From NCBI RefSeq assembly GCF_003019035.1, contig NZ_CP027447.1: a DNA stretch of 64,000 nucleotides. One strand, 5' to 3'. This DNA is from Escherichia coli (GTDB lineage: Bacteria; Pseudomonadota; Gammaproteobacteria; Enterobacterales; Enterobacteriaceae). Of this stretch, positions 8,856-19,294 are shown in pieces; positions within the stretch are counted from its first letter, which is position 1, and each line of letters begins with the position of its first letter. Under the pieces are notes generated by a model, which saw only the letters and a list, made by a program, of their open reading frames with translations, did no database searches and was not told where the DNA came from. The position numbers and the translations under genes were made by a program.

Positions 8856-9267
8856 TCATTTGTAGGATACAGAAAGCAATACAAAGCCCGCATAAACAAT
8901 TAGCATTTATGTTGTGTAATATTTTTTTGCCAGGCTTATAGTGTCTTTGGCAACGGGTAACTGTATTTTATATTTTTTGTATAAGGTCTCCTGTGAAAAT
9001 TCTCTTTTCACATTATTTAAATAAACAGAGATCCAGATTAAATACCTGAGTATAAAATCTCTTCTGATGTTTAATTGATTTGAATGTTCGTAAGCTATAT
9101 CACTTACTCAATCCATTTTACCCAGAGTCATAAAATAGAGTGTCTGTTGATCTCATTTTCATATTCCTTTCAGACTGAAGTGCATTTTCATCACCCGATG
9201 TGAAAGAACTGAAGTGATGTTTGCCATAGATTACGAGATGCCCAGTCTCATTGACTATCGTGGTGCA

Positions 9268-9290
9268 CCTTTATACCTGTTATACCAGAT
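9268..9290 (-). promoter_or_regulatory. NanR-operator-like GGTATA repeats in the nanC-fimB intergenic region
   Basis: Minus-strand reading atctGGTATAacaGGTATAaag (plus-strand TATACC repeats at 9272..9286) matches the NanR GGTATA-repeat operator type known for nan promoters. Confidence 0.45.
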
Positions 9291-10299
9291 CAAAAATCAC
9301 GCAATCCATACAACAAAACCAGATTTGCAATTCGTGTCACAAAATATGTCGATCTTTTTCTAAGAGGCAGATGCCATGTGAAGCCAGACGAACACTTGCA
9401 GTGGTCTTCAAAAACTAAAAATTTTCTTTTAAATATATGTTTTATAAATAATTTATTTAGAATCTAAACAAAGAAAGCTTTGCAAGCTAACTCAGTGAGC
9501 TTGGTGAAAATAAGTGTTTACCCGCCATCAGGCTGAGCATAATTCTCACCATGAAATATGTTTCTTGGTTTGTGGCTTGTAACTGGTCACTCCTGATGTC
9601 GATCTGGAGAGGCTTGTTGATGTTGGTGTTTTCAGGATGATGTTTCACTTAGTTTGTTTGCCGTATCGTCCGGCGAATAGCTGTGATTGAGGAAGGTTTA
9701 AGTCGTAGTGACCAAAGCCATATTTACCAACGGATGTAGATGAAAAAGCGTCGCCTGCGTTCCCCCATATCTCCAGGATAAAAAGGAATGTAACAATCTC
9801 GTGGCGTAAGCTGATGAACCAGGCAGGAATAATCGCTAGGGACCTAAGAATTAGCATGATAATAGCCACTAAGAAATAACTGCGTTCCATGAAATAGCCA
9901 TTTTGTGGCAAATGCAGTTGACTAATAATGTCATATGTGAGACGGCTAGTTGAACGAATATTAAATTTTGCTGAATTTTTTATGTTGATTTTACTTGTTA
10001 CAGAACATATCACATGATATATAGATAAGATTAGTTGCATTAATGATGAGGGTTATTATTAGATTCGTATCCGATTGATAAATATATAAAGGTACATAGC
10101 ATGCAAGAGCATGGCGTTTGTATGGCAACGTTATTATAATTAACTGTTGCTACTCTATTTAAGTTCACTCAGAAGAACTGGTCCACTTACGTTAGTTATT
10201 AAGCAAACGTTCGCTTTTATAAACATAATCAGGATTAAAATGTTGGATTATTGCTAACCCAGCACAGCTAGTGCGCGTCTGTAATTATAAGGGAAAACG

Positions 10300-10902
10300 A
10301 TGAAGAATAAGGCTGATAACAAAAAAAGGAACTTCCTGACCCATAGTGAAATCGAATCACTCCTTAAAGCAGCAAATACCGGGCCTCATGCAGCACGTAA
10401 TTATTGTCTGACTTTGCTTTGTTTTATTCATGGTTTCCGGGCGAGTGAAATTTGTCGATTGAGGATTTCGGATATTGATCTTAAGGCAAAGTGTATATAT
10501 ATCCATCGATTAAAAAAAGGCTTTTCAACAACGCACCCGCTATTGAACAAAGAAGTTCAGGCTTTAAAAAACTGGTTGAGTATCCGTACTTCTTATCCGC
10601 ATGCTGAGAGCGAGTGGGTATTTTTATCACGTAAGGGGAATCCGCTTTCTCGGCAACAGTTTTACCATATTATCTCGACTTCTGGTGGTAATGCCGGGTT
10701 GTCACTGGAGATTCATCCGCACATGTTACGCCATTCGTGTGGTTTTGCTTTGGCGAATATGGGAATAGATACGCGACTTATCCAGGATTATCTTGGGCAT
10801 CGCAATATTCGTCATACTGTCTGGTATACCGCCAGCAATGCAGGGCGTTTTTACGGCATCTGGGATAGAGCCAGAGGGAGACAGCGTCACGCTGTTTTAT
10901 AG
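10300..10902 (+). CDS. fimB: Type 1 fimbriae recombinase FimB
   Basis: 200-aa tyrosine-recombinase ORF (…HPHMLRHSCGFALANMGIDTRLIQDYLGHRNIRHTVWYT…); position upstream of fimE. Confidence 0.9.
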   Translation: MKNKADNKKRNFLTHSEIESLLKAANTGPHAARNYCLTLLCFIHGFRASEICRLRISDIDLKAKCIYIHRLKKGFSTTHPLLNKEVQALKNWLSIRTSYPHAESEWVFLSRKGNPLSRQQFYHIISTSGGNAGLSLEIHPHMLRHSCGFALANMGIDTRLIQDYLGHRNIRHTVWYTASNAGRFYGIWDRARGRQRHAVL

Positions 10903-11379
10903 AGATAGTTGAGATACCATGGATGGTGTTAAAAACTACATTATTCTTACGATATATCAAAAATGATTAACCATTTATTAATTGATGTTATTGTAAGTGT
11001 GATTCTTAATTATCATAATAAACATTAAGTTAACCATATCCATACAAAATACAATGGTTTATGTTCTTCAAAATAAATAAACAAAATCATTCATAAATTT
11101 ACACATCACTTAAATCCTCCTGTTTCCACACTTTTTTCTTTATTTTTTAAGCAACTGGAAGTTAATCTTCTGCAATCTATTGTTATATTGAATCAAATCA
11201 ATGAAAATAGATGTTGTCACATCGGTGATATTTTATTTTTGTATGATATTTAATGTAATTGACTGATAGCCACATCACTTCGTGTGTGGTTATCTTTTTA
11301 TCTATTGGGCTAATTTTGACCGATTGAGGTTTCCTATAGGTATTCATTCAAATATATCTCAGTCAGGAGTACTACTATT

Positions 11380-11976
11380 GTGAGTAAACGTCGTTATCTT
11401 ACCGGTAAAGAAGTTCAGGCCATGATGCAGGCGGTTTGTTACGGGGCAACGGGAGCCAGAGATTATTGTCTTATTCTGTTGGCATATCGGCATGGGATGC
11501 GTATTAGTGAACTGCTTGATCTGCATTATCAGGATCTTGACCTTAATGAAGGTCGAATAAATATTCGCCGACTGAAGAACGGATTTTCTACCGTTCACCC
11601 GTTACGTTATGATGAGCGTGAAGCCGTGGAACGCTGGACCCAGGAACGTGCTAACTGGAAAGGCGCTGACCGGACCGACGCTATATTTATTTCTCGCCGT
11701 GGGAGTCGGCTTTCTCGCCAGCAGGCCTATCGCATTATTCGCGATGCCGGTATTGAAGCTGGAACCGTAACGCAGACTCATCCTCATATGTTAAGGCATG
11801 CTTGCGGTTATGAACTGGCAGAGCGTGGTGCAGATACCCGTTTAATTCAGGATTATCTCGGGCATCGAAATATTCGCCATACTGTGCGTTATACCGCCAG
11901 TAATGCTGCTCGTTTTGCCGGATTATGGGAAAGAAATAATCTCATAAACGAAAAATTAAAAAGAGAAGAGGTTTGA
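11380..11976 (+). CDS. fimE: Type 1 fimbriae recombinase FimE
   Basis: 198-aa tyrosine recombinase paralogous to FimB; synteny. Confidence 0.9.
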   Translation: MSKRRYLTGKEVQAMMQAVCYGATGARDYCLILLAYRHGMRISELLDLHYQDLDLNEGRINIRRLKNGFSTVHPLRYDEREAVERWTQERANWKGADRTDAIFISRRGSRLSRQQAYRIIRDAGIEAGTVTQTHPHMLRHACGYELAERGADTRLIQDYLGHRNIRHTVRYTASNAARFAGLWERNNLINEKLKREEV

Positions 11977-12023
11977 TTTAACTTATTGATAATAAAGTTA
12001 AAAAACAAATAAATACAAGACAA

Positions 12024-12337
12024 TTGGGGCCAAACTGTCCATATCATAAATAAGTTACGTATTTTTTCTCAAGCATAAAAATATCAAAAAACGACAAAAA
12101 GCATCTAACTGTTTGATATGTAAATTATTTCTCTTGTAAATTAATTTCACATCACCTCCGCTATATGTAAAGCTAACGTTTCTGTGGCTCGATGCATCTT
12201 CCTCATTCTTCTCTCCAAAAACCACCTCATGCAATATAAAAATCTATAAATAAAGATAACAATAGAATATTAAGCCAACAAATAAACTGAAAAAGTTTGT
12301 GCGCGATGCTTTCCTCTATGAGTCAAAATGGCCCCAA
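12024..12337. promoter_or_regulatory. fimS: fimS invertible promoter element (fim switch), apparently in OFF orientation
   Basis: 9-bp inverted repeats TTGGGGCCA (12024..12032) and TGGCCCCAA (12329..12337) bound a 314-bp element. A sigma70-like promoter (-35 TTGAGA at 12072..12067, 18-nt spacer, -10 TATGAT at 12048..12043) lies on the minus strand, reading toward fimE rather than fimA. Confidence 0.7.
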
Positions 12338-12456
12338 ATGTTTCATCTTTTGGGGGGAAACTGTGCAGTGTTGGCAGTCAAACTCGTTGACAAAACAAAG
12401 CGTACAGAACGACTGCCCATGTCGATTTAGAAATAGTTTTTTTAAAGGAAAGCAGC

Positions 12457-13005
12457 ATGAAAATTAAAACTCTGGCAATCGTTGTTCTGTCGGCTCTGTC
12501 CCTCAGTTCCGCAGCGGCTCTGGCTGATACTACGACGGTAAATGGTGGGACCGTTCACTTTAAAGGGGAAGTTGTTAACGCCGCTTGCGCAGTTGATGCA
12601 GGCTCTGTTGATCAAACCGTTCAGTTAGGACAGGTTCGTACCGCATCGCTGGCACAAGAAGGAGCAACCAGTTCTGCTGTCGGTTTTAACATTCAACTGA
12701 ACGATTGTGACACTACTGTTGCAGACAAAGCTGCTATTGCCTTCCTTGGTACCGCAATTGATGGAACTCATCCTAACGTATTAGCTTTGCAGAGTTCAGC
12801 TGCGGGTAGCGCAACAAAAGTTGGTGTGCAGATCCTGGACAGAACGGGTGCTGTGCTGGCGCTGGACGGTGCGACATTCAGTGAGCAAACAACCCTGAAT
12901 AACGGTACTAACACCATTCCGTTCCAGGCGCGTTATTATGCAACCGGTGTCGCAACCCCGGGTGCTGCTAATGCGGATGCGACCTTCAAGGTTCAGTATC
13001 AATAA
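12457..13005 (+). CDS. fimA: Type 1 fimbrial major subunit FimA
   Basis: 182-aa pilin with signal peptide and C-terminal ...KVQYQ. Confidence 0.9.
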   Translation: MKIKTLAIVVLSALSLSSAAALADTTTVNGGTVHFKGEVVNAACAVDAGSVDQTVQLGQVRTASLAQEGATSSAVGFNIQLNDCDTTVADKAAIAFLGTAIDGTHPNVLALQSSAAGSATKVGVQILDRTGAVLALDGATFSEQTTLNNGTNTIPFQARYYATGVATPGAANADATFKVQYQ

Positions 13006-13069
13006 CCTACCCAGGATCAGGGACGTCATTACGGGCAGGGATGCCCACCCTTGTGCGATAAAAATAACG

Positions 13070-13609
13070 ATGAAAAGGAAGAGATTATTTCTGTTAGCGT
13101 CGTTGCTGCCGGTGTTTGCTCTGGCCGGAAATAAATGGAATACCACGCTGCCCGGCGGAAATATGCAATTTCAGGGCGTCATTATTGCGGAAGCTTGCCG
13201 GATTGAAGCCGGTGATAAACAAATGACGGTCAATATGGGGCAAATCAGCAGTAACCGGTTTCATGCGGTAGGGGAAGATAGCGCACCGGTGCCTTTTGTT
13301 ATTCATTTACGGGAATGTAGCACGGTGGTGAGTGAACGTGTGGGTGTGGCGTTTCACGGTGTCGCGGATGGTAAAAATCCGGATGTGCTTTCCGTGGGAG
13401 AGGGGCCAGGGATAGCCACCAATATTGGCGTAGCGTTATTTGATGATGAAGGAAACCTCGTACCGATTAATCGTCCTCCAGCAAACTGGAAACGGCTTTA
13501 CTCAGGCTCTACTTCGCTACATTTCATCGCCAAATATCGTGCTACCGGGCGTCGGGTTACTGGCGGCATCGCCAATGCCCAGGCCTGGTTCTCTTTAACC
13601 TATCAGTAA
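13070..13609 (+). CDS. fimI: Fimbrial protein FimI
   Basis: ORF track 12938..13609, trimmed to Met at 13070 ([19 protein letters not shown] signal peptide), 179 aa. Confidence 0.85.
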   Translation: MKRKRLFLLASLLPVFALAGNKWNTTLPGGNMQFQGVIIAEACRIEAGDKQMTVNMGQISSNRFHAVGEDSAPVPFVIHLRECSTVVSERVGVAFHGVADGKNPDVLSVGEGPGIATNIGVALFDDEGNLVPINRPPANWKRLYSGSTSLHFIAKYRATGRRVTGGIANAQAWFSLTYQ

Positions 13610-13645
13610 TTGTTCAGCAGATAATGTGATAACAGGAACAGGACA

Positions 13646-14371
13646 GTGAGTAATAAAAACGTCAATGTAAGGAAATCGCAGGAAATAACATTCTGCTTGC
13701 TGGCAGGTATCCTGATGTTCATGGCAATGGTGGTTGCCGGACGCGCTGAAGCGGGAGTGGCCTTAGGTGCGACCCGCGTAATTTATCCGGCAGGGCAAAA
13801 ACAAGTGCAACTTGCCGTGACAAATAATGATGAAAATAGCACCTATTTAATTCAATCATGGGTGGAAAATGCCGATGGTGTTAAGGATGGTCGTTTTATC
13901 GTGACGCCACCTCTGTTTGCGATGAAGGGAAAAAGAGAGAATACCTTGCGTATTCTTGATGCAACAAATAACCAATTGCCACAGGATCGGGAAAGTTTAT
14001 TCTGGATGAACGTTAAAGCGATTCCGTCAATGGATAAATCAAAATTGACTGAGAATACGCTACAGCTCGCAATTATCAGCCGCATTAAACTGTACTATCG
14101 CCCGGCTAAATTAGCGTTGCCACCCGATCAGGCCGCAGAAAAATTAAGATTTCGTCGTAGCGCGAATTCTCTGACGCTGATCAACCCGACACCCTATTAC
14201 CTGACGGTAACAGAGTTGAATGCCGGAACCCGGGTTCTTGAAAATGCATTGGTGCCTCCAATGGGCGAAAGCACGGTTAAATTGCCTTCTGATGCAGGAA
14301 GCAATATTACTTACCGAACAATAAATGATTATGGCGCACTTACCCCCAAAATGACGGGCGTAATGGAATAA
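13646..14371 (+). CDS. fimC: Periplasmic pilus chaperone FimC
   Basis: 241-aa PapD-like chaperone ORF; synteny. Confidence 0.9.
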   Translation: MSNKNVNVRKSQEITFCLLAGILMFMAMVVAGRAEAGVALGATRVIYPAGQKQVQLAVTNNDENSTYLIQSWVENADGVKDGRFIVTPPLFAMKGKRENTLRILDATNNQLPQDRESLFWMNVKAIPSMDKSKLTENTLQLAIISRIKLYYRPAKLALPPDQAAEKLRFRRSANSLTLINPTPYYLTVTELNAGTRVLENALVPPMGESTVKLPSDAGSNITYRTINDYGALTPKMTGVME

Positions 14372-14437
14372 CGCAGGGGGATTTTTTCGCCTGAATAAAA
14401 AGAATTGACTGCCGGGTGATTTTAAACCGGAGGAATA

Positions 14438-17074
14438 ATGTCATATCTGAATTTAAGACTTTACCAGCGAAACACACAATGCTTGCATATTCGTAAGCAT
14501 CGTTTGGCTGGTTTTTTTGTCCGGCTCTTTGTCGCCTGTGCTTTTGCCGCACAGGCACCTTTGTCATCTGCCGAACTCTATTTTAACCCGCGTTTTTTAG
14601 CGGATGATCCCCAGGCTGTGGCCGATTTATCGCGTTTTGAAAATGGGCAAGAATTACCGCCAGGGACGTATCGCGTCGATATCTATTTGAATAATGGTTA
14701 TATGGCAACGCGTGATGTCACATTTAATACGGGCGACAGTGAACAAGGGATTGTTCCCTGCCTGACACGCGCGCAACTTGCCAGTATGGAGCTGAATACG
14801 GCTTCTGTCTCCGGTATGAATCTGCTGGCGGATGATGCCTGCGTGCCATTAACCTCAATGATCCATGACGCTACTGCGCATTTAGATGTTGGTCAGCAGC
14901 GACTCAACCTGACGATCCCTCAGGCATTTATGAGTAATCGCGCGCGTGGATATATTCCTCCTGAGTTGTGGGATCCCGGTATTAATGCCGGATTGCTCAA
15001 TTATAATTTCAGCGGAAATAGTGTACAGAATCGGATTGGGGGTAACAGCCATTATGCATATTTAAACCTACAGAGTGGGTTAAATATTGGTGCGTGGCGT
15101 TTACGCGACAATACCACCTGGAGTTATAACAGTAGCGACAGATCATCAGGTAGCAAAAATAAATGGCAGCATATCAATACCTGGCTTGAGCGAGACATAA
15201 TACCGTTACGTTCCCGGCTGACGCTGGGTGATGGTTATACTCAGGGCGATATTTTCGATGGTATTAACTTTCGCGGCGCACAATTGGCCTCAGATGACAA
15301 TATGTTACCCGATAGCCAAAGAGGATTTGCCCCGGTGATCCACGGTATTGCTCGTGGTACTGCACAGGTCACTATTAAACAAAATGGGTATGACATTTAT
15401 AATAGTACGGTGCCACCGGGGCCTTTTACCATCAACGATATCTATGCCGCAGGTAATAGTGGTGACTTGCAGGTAACGATTAAAGAGGCTGACGGCAGTA
15501 CGCAGATTTTTACCGTACCCTATTCGTCAGTCCCGCTTTTGCAACGTGAAGGGCATACACGTTATTCCATTACGGCAGGAGAATACCGTAGTGGAAATGC
15601 GCAACAGGAAAAACCCCGCTTTTTCCAGAGTACATTACTCCACGGCCTTCCGGCTGGCTGGACAATATATGGTGGAACGCAACTGGCGGATCGTTATCGT
15701 GCGTTTAATTTCGGTATCGGGAAAAATATGGGGGCACTGGGCGCTCTGTCTGTGGATATGACGCAGGCTAATTCCACACTTCCCGATGACAGTCAGCATG
15801 ACGGAAAATCGGTGCGTTTTCTTTATAACAAATCGCTCAATGAGTCAGGCACGAATATTCAGTTAGTGGGTTACCGTTATTCGACCAGTGGGTATTTTAA
15901 TTTCGCTGATACAACATACAGTCGAATGAATGGCTACAACATCGAAACACAGGATGGTGTTATTCAGGTTAAGCCGAAATTCACCGACTATTACAATCTC
16001 GCTTATAACAAACGCGGGAAATTACAACTCACCGTTACTCAGCAACTCGGGCGCACATCAACACTGTATTTGAGTGGTAGCCATCAAACTTATTGGGGAA
16101 CGAGTAATGTCGATGAGCAATTCCAGGCTGGATTAAATACTGCGTTCGAAGATATTAACTGGACGCTCAGCTATAGCCTGACGAAAAACGCCTGGCAAAA
16201 AGGACGGGATCAGATGTTAGCTCTTAACGTCAATATTCCTTTCAGCCACTGGCTGCGTTCTGACAGTAAATCTCAGTGGCGACATGCCAGTGCCAGCTAC
16301 AGCATGTCACACGATCTCAACGGTCGGATGACCAATCTGGCCGGTGTATACGGTACGTTGCTGGCAGACAACAACCTCAGCTATAGCGTGCAAACCGGCT
16401 ATGCCGGGGGAGGCGATGGTAATAGCGGAAGTACAGGCTACGCCACGCTGAATTATCGCGGTGGCTACGGCAATGCCAACATCGGTTACAGCCATAGCGA
16501 TGATATTAAGCAGCTCTATTACGGAGTCAGCGGTGGGGTACTGGCTCATGCCAATGGCGTAACGCTGGGGCAGCCGTTAAACGATACGGTGGTGCTTGTT
16601 AAAGCGCCTGGCGCAAAAGATGCAAAAGTCGAAAACCAGACAGGAGTGCGTACCGACTGGCGGGGTTATGCCGTGCTGCCTTATGCCACTGAATATCGGG
16701 AAAACAGAGTGGCGCTGGATACCAATACCCTGGCTGATAACGTCGATTTAGATAATGCGGTCGCTAACGTTGTTCCCACCCGTGGGGCGATCGTGCGAGC
16801 AGAGTTTAAAGCGCGCGTTGGGATAAAACTGCTCATGACGCTGACCCACAATAATAAGCCGCTGCCGTTTGGGGCGATGGTGACATCAGAGAGTAGCCAG
16901 AGTAGCGGCATTGTTGCGGATAATGGTCAGGTTTACCTCAGCGGAATGCCTTTAGCGGGAAAAGTTCAGGTGAAATGGGGAGAAGAGGAAAATGCTCACT
17001 GTGTCGCCAATTATCAACTGCCACCAGAGAGTCAGCAGCAGTTATTAACCCAGCTATCAGCTGAATGTCGTTAA
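14438..17074 (+). CDS. fimD: Outer-membrane usher FimD
   Basis: 878-aa usher ORF; synteny. Confidence 0.9.
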   Translation: MSYLNLRLYQRNTQCLHIRKHRLAGFFVRLFVACAFAAQAPLSSAELYFNPRFLADDPQAVADLSRFENGQELPPGTYRVDIYLNNGYMATRDVTFNTGDSEQGIVPCLTRAQLASMELNTASVSGMNLLADDACVPLTSMIHDATAHLDVGQQRLNLTIPQAFMSNRARGYIPPELWDPGINAGLLNYNFSGNSVQNRIGGNSHYAYLNLQSGLNIGAWRLRDNTTWSYNSSDRSSGSKNKWQHINTWLERDIIPLRSRLTLGDGYTQGDIFDGINFRGAQLASDDNMLPDSQRGFAPVIHGIARGTAQVTIKQNGYDIYNSTVPPGPFTINDIYAAGNSGDLQVTIKEADGSTQIFTVPYSSVPLLQREGHTRYSITAGEYRSGNAQQEKPRFFQSTLLHGLPAGWTIYGGTQLADRYRAFNFGIGKNMGALGALSVDMTQANSTLPDDSQHDGKSVRFLYNKSLNESGTNIQLVGYRYSTSGYFNFADTTYSRMNGYNIETQDGVIQVKPKFTDYYNLAYNKRGKLQLTVTQQLGRTSTLYLSGSHQTYWGTSNVDEQFQAGLNTAFEDINWTLSYSLTKNAWQKGRDQMLALNVNIPFSHWLRSDSKSQWRHASASYSMSHDLNGRMTNLAGVYGTLLADNNLSYSVQTGYAGGGDGNSGSTGYATLNYRGGYGNANIGYSHSDDIKQLYYGVSGGVLAHANGVTLGQPLNDTVVLVKAPGAKDAKVENQTGVRTDWRGYAVLPYATEYRENRVALDTNTLADNVDLDNAVANVVPTRGAIVRAEFKARVGIKLLMTLTHNNKPLPFGAMVTSESSQSSGIVADNGQVYLSGMPLAGKVQVKWGEEENAHCVANYQLPPESQQQLLTQLSAECR

Positions 17075-17083
17075 GGGGGCGTG

Positions 17084-17614
17084 ATGAGAAACAAACCTTT
17101 TTATCTTCTGTGCGCTTTTTTGTGGCTGGCGGTGAGTCACGCTTTGGCTGCGGATAGCACGATTACTATCCGCGGCTATGTCAGAGATAACGGCTGTAGT
17201 GTGGCTGCTGAATCAACCAATTTTACTGTTGATCTGATGGAAAACGCGGCGAAGCAATTTAACAACATTGGCGCGACGACTCCTGTCGTTCCATTTCGTA
17301 TTTTGCTGTCACCCTGTGGTAATGCCGTTTCTGCCGTAAAAGTTGGGTTTACCGGTGTTGCAGATAGCCACAATGCCAACCTGCTTGCACTTGAAAATAC
17401 GGTGTCAGCGGCTTCGGGACTGGGAATACAGCTTCTGAATGAGCAGCAAAATCAAATACCCCTTAATGCTCCATCGTCCGCGATTTCGTGGACGACCCTG
17501 ACGCCAGGTAAACCAAATACGCTGAATTTTTACGCCCGGCTAATGGCGACACAGGTGCCTGTCACTGCAGGGCATATCAATGCCACGGCTACCTTCACTC
17601 TTGAATATCAGTAA
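17084..17614 (+). CDS. fimF: Fimbrial minor subunit FimF
   Basis: Pilin-like ORF with signal peptide; synteny. Confidence 0.85.
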   Translation: MRNKPFYLLCAFLWLAVSHALAADSTITIRGYVRDNGCSVAAESTNFTVDLMENAAKQFNNIGATTPVVPFRILLSPCGNAVSAVKVGFTGVADSHNANLLALENTVSAASGLGIQLLNEQQNQIPLNAPSSAISWTTLTPGKPNTLNFYARLMATQVPVTAGHINATATFTLEYQ

Positions 17615-17626
17615 CTGGAGATGCTC

Positions 17627-18130
17627 ATGAAATGGCGCAAACGTGGGTATTTATTGGCGGCAATATTGGCGCTCGCAAGTGCGACGATACAGGCAGCCGA
17701 TGTCACCATCACGGTGAACGGTAAGGTCGTCGCCAAACCGTGCACGGTTTCCACCACCAATGCCACGGTTGATCTCGGCGATCTTTATTCTTTCAGTCTT
17801 ATGTCTGCCGGGGCGGCATCGGCCTGGCATGATGTTGCGCTTGAGTTGACTAATTGTCCGGTGGGAACGTCGAGGGTCACTGCCAGCTTCAGCGGGGCAG
17901 CCGACAGTACCGGATATTATAAAAACCAGGGGACCGCGCAAAACATCCAGTTAGAGCTACAGGATGACAGTGGCAACACATTGAATACTGGCGCAACCAA
18001 AACAGTTCAGGTGGATGATTCCTCACAATCAGCGCACTTCCCGTTACAGGTCAGAGCATTGACCGTAAATGGTGGAGCCACTCAGGGAACCATTCAGGCA
18101 GTGATTAGCATCACCTATACCTACAGCTGA
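17627..18130 (+). CDS. fimG: Fimbrial minor subunit FimG
   Basis: Pilin-like ORF (MKWRKRGYLLAAILALASA...); synteny. Confidence 0.85.
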   Translation: MKWRKRGYLLAAILALASATIQAADVTITVNGKVVAKPCTVSTTNATVDLGDLYSFSLMSAGAASAWHDVALELTNCPVGTSRVTASFSGAADSTGYYKNQGTAQNIQLELQDDSGNTLNTGATKTVQVDDSSQSAHFPLQVRALTVNGGATQGTIQAVISITYTYS

Positions 18131-18149
18131 ACCCGAAGAGATGATTGTA

Positions 18150-19052
18150 ATGAAACGAGTTATTACCCTGTTTGCTGTACTGCTGATGGGCTGGTCGGTA
18201 AATGCCTGGTCATTCGCCTGTAAAACCGCCAATGGTACCGCAATCCCTATTGGCGGTGGCAGCGCCAATGTTTATGTAAACCTTGCGCCTGCCGTGAATG
18301 TGGGGCAAAACCTGGTCGTAGATCTTTCGACGCAAATCTTTTGCCATAACGATTACCCGGAAACCATTACAGACTATGTCACACTGCAACGAGGTTCGGC
18401 TTATGGCGGCGTGTTATCTAATTTTTCCGGGACCGTAAAATATAGTGGCAGTAGCTATCCATTTCCGACCACCAGTGAAACGCCGCGCGTTGTTTATAAT
18501 TCGAGAACGGATAAGCCGTGGCCGGTGGCGCTTTATTTGACGCCGGTGAGCAGTGCGGGGGGAGTGGCGATTAAAGCTGGCTCATTAATTGCCGTGCTTA
18601 TTTTGCGACAGACCAACAACTATAACAGCGATGATTTCCAGTTTGTGTGGAATATTTACGCCAATAATGATGTGGTGGTGCCCACTGGCGGCTGTGATGT
18701 TTCTGCTCGTGATGTCACCGTTACTCTGCCGGACTACCCTGGTTCAGTGCCGATTCCTCTTACCGTTTATTGTGCGAAAAGCCAAAACCTGGGGTATTAC
18801 CTATCCGGCACAACCGCAGATGCGGGCAACTCGATTTTCACCAATACCGCGTCGTTTTCACCCGCGCAGGGCGTCGGCGTACAGTTGACGCGCAACGGTA
18901 CGATTATTCCAGCGAATAACACGGTATCGTTAGGAGCAGTAGGGACTTCGGCGGTAAGTCTGGGATTAACGGCAAATTACGCACGTACAGGAGGGCAGGT
19001 GACTGCAGGGAATGTGCAATCGATTATTGGCGTGACTTTTGTTTATCAATAA
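18150..19052 (+). CDS. fimH: Mannose-binding adhesin FimH
   Basis: ORF track 18141..19052, trimmed to MKRVITLFAVLLMGWSVNAWSFACKTANGTAIPIGGGSANVYVNLAP... Confidence 0.9.
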   Translation: MKRVITLFAVLLMGWSVNAWSFACKTANGTAIPIGGGSANVYVNLAPAVNVGQNLVVDLSTQIFCHNDYPETITDYVTLQRGSAYGGVLSNFSGTVKYSGSSYPFPTTSETPRVVYNSRTDKPWPVALYLTPVSSAGGVAIKAGSLIAVLILRQTNNYNSDDFQFVWNIYANNDVVVPTGGCDVSARDVTVTLPDYPGSVPIPLTVYCAKSQNLGYYLSGTTADAGNSIFTNTASFSPAQGVGVQLTRNGTIIPANNTVSLGAVGTSAVSLGLTANYARTGGQVTAGNVQSIIGVTFVYQ

Positions 19053-19118
19053 AGAAATCACAGGACATTGCTAATGCTGGTACGCAATATTACCTGAAGC
19101 TAAAAACCTGCACGTTAG

Positions 19119-19230
19119 CCCTTTGTAGGCCAGATAAGACGCGTCAGCGTCGCATCTGGCATAAACAAAGCGCACTTTGCTGGTCTGTTCCCCTCACCCT
19201 AACCCTCTCCCCGGAGGGGCGAGGGGACTG
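19119..19230. repeat. Intergenic palindromic repeats (REP-like unit plus a CCCTC...GAGGG palindromic unit)
   Basis: gtaggccagataagacgcgtcagcgtcgcatctggcat is REP-like. cccctcaccctaaccctctccccggaggggcgaggggactg (19189..19230) recurs with two mismatches at 23935..23975. Confidence 0.5.
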
Positions 19231-19294
19231 GCCGGGCACATTTTTAGACTTTGTCATCAGTCTGAGCCTGCCATTGGCAGGCTCCGGTGTTCTT

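Noticed and set aside
9645-10040. 131-aa minus-strand ORF in the nanC-fimB intergenic region
   Set aside because: It is AT-rich with low-complexity composition and sits inside a region known to be a long regulatory intergenic segment. No RBS or conservation argument.
12938-13069. N-terminal extension of the fimI ORF overlapping the end of fimA
   Set aside because: The extension lacks a signal peptide and overlaps fimA. The internal Met at 13070 is followed by a typical signal sequence and gives the expected FimI length.
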